Below, in pieces: positions 63,769-64,000 of a stretch of 64,000 nucleotides of DNA; the first letter of the stretch is position 1; the number at the start of each line of letters is the position of its first letter. The stretch is from contig JAGXKG010000005.1 in the NCBI GenBank assembly GCA_018335335.1, positions 2,868 through 66,867 of the forward strand, given 5' to 3'. Below the pieces are notes generated by a model. The model ran no database searches and was not told the DNA's origin. It saw only the letters and a program-made list of their open reading frames with translations. A program made the translations under genes and the position numbers. The DNA comes from Candidatus Thorarchaeota archaeon (GTDB taxonomy: Archaea > Asgardarchaeota > Thorarchaeia > Thorarchaeales > Thorarchaeaceae).

Positions 63769-64000
63769 GTGATATTGTTCGCTTCGGTGCACGTGGGGCG
63801 GGTTTTGGTCGTTCAACCCGTAGAAACTCAGTTCCCTCTGATGCTCCTCATAGCTGCACTCTCAATCATCACCCTAGTGGGAGTGGTCGGACGGAAGCAG
63901 GAGGAGAGCGACATGCCTCGATACGAACTGCAGACGAAGATGGTGGCGTTCTCCGCAGTCGCTACCCTTCTCCTTGTTCTCTTTGTGCTGATAGGCTTTC
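63769..64000 (+). CDS. Partial membrane protein (runs off the window)
   Basis: The frame is open from 63688 to the end, with hydrophobic segments (VILFASVHVGRVLVV, LMLLIAALSIITLVGVV). The GTG start at 63769 is a guess. Confidence 0.35.
   Translation, partial: MILFASVHVGRVLVVQPVETQFPLMLLIAALSIITLVGVVGRKQEESDMPRYELQTKMVAFSAVATLLLVLFVLIGF

Noticed and set aside
1-64000. A search for CRISPR arrays, tRNA genes, integrases or transposases, and prophage blocks.
   Set aside because: No regularly spaced direct repeats and no T-loop/acceptor-stem candidates were seen in intergenic regions over 100 bp. No recombinase-like ORFs were seen, only the TnpB-N-terminal-like ORF at 3149..3715.

Overview
This 64-kb window looks like an archaeal chromosome segment, probably from an Asgard-type lineage. 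All calls come from reading motifs in the supplied translations and DNA; no homology search or RNA folding was run.

Evidence for the archaeal/Asgard assignment:
- A Roadblock-fused Arf-like small GTPase with the WDIGGQ motif, and a WD40 protein.
- A Trm5/Taw2-type tRNA methyltransferase and an HTH_10 regulator.
- Archaeal VapB-type antitoxins.
- TATA-like promoters combined with GGAGG Shine-Dalgarno sites.

Gene content, in order:
- **rRNA:** the window opens inside a 23S rRNA gene on the minus strand. No 16S or tRNA lies upstream of it; a bacterial-type RNase PH gene sits there instead.
- **1-50 kb, densely packed housekeeping and accessory genes:**
  - Acetyltransferases: five GNAT genes.
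  - Oxidoreductases: two LLM-class genes, a nitroreductase-fold protein and a C_GCAxxG_C_C-family protein.
  - Fe-S assembly and DNA repair: SufCB and endonuclease III.
  - Central and nucleoside metabolism: transketolase and uridine phosphorylase.
  - Oxidative stress: superoxide reductase, rubrerythrin and two small ferritin-like proteins.
  - Transport: an ArsR plus P1B-ATPase metal-efflux pair, an FTR1 iron permease, two MFS transporters, an EamA transporter and an ECF S-component-like membrane protein.
  - tRNA modification: TrmO and Trm5/Taw2.
  - Regulators: two tandem double-wHTH proteins, an HTH_10 protein and a GbsR/MarR-like protein.
  - Other: WD40 and HEAT repeat proteins, an M28 peptidase, a PEBP-family protein, a SAM methyltransferase, a divergent phosphoribosyltransferase, a nucleotidyltransferase and about ten hypothetical or membrane ORFs.
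- **50.8-53.2 kb, accessory island:** vapBC, three further VapB-type antitoxin paralogues (one degenerate), a truncated arsR, repeated cassette flanks and a structured-RNA candidate.
- **53.4-60.8 kb, redox cluster:** HdrC-like, a decayed hdrB stub, tungsten-type aldehyde:ferredoxin oxidoreductase (AOR) plus ferredoxin, a polyferredoxin, and an HdrA-MvhD fusion.
- **61.4-63.1 kb:** a three-gene operon of a ClpP-fold protease, a small acidic protein and a Doc toxin.
- **~63.4-63.65 kb:** a GC-rich structured-RNA candidate.

I found no CRISPR array, tRNA gene, or intact transposase or integrase.

Most interesting observations:
- A lysine-less threonine-synthase-like domain fused to a PadR wHTH.
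- The AOR/HdrA-MvhD cluster with a dead hdrB.
- The Roadblock-GTPase fusion.
- The protease-antitoxin-Doc operon.
- The antitoxin array with shared repeat flanks.
- Two unassigned structured RNAs.
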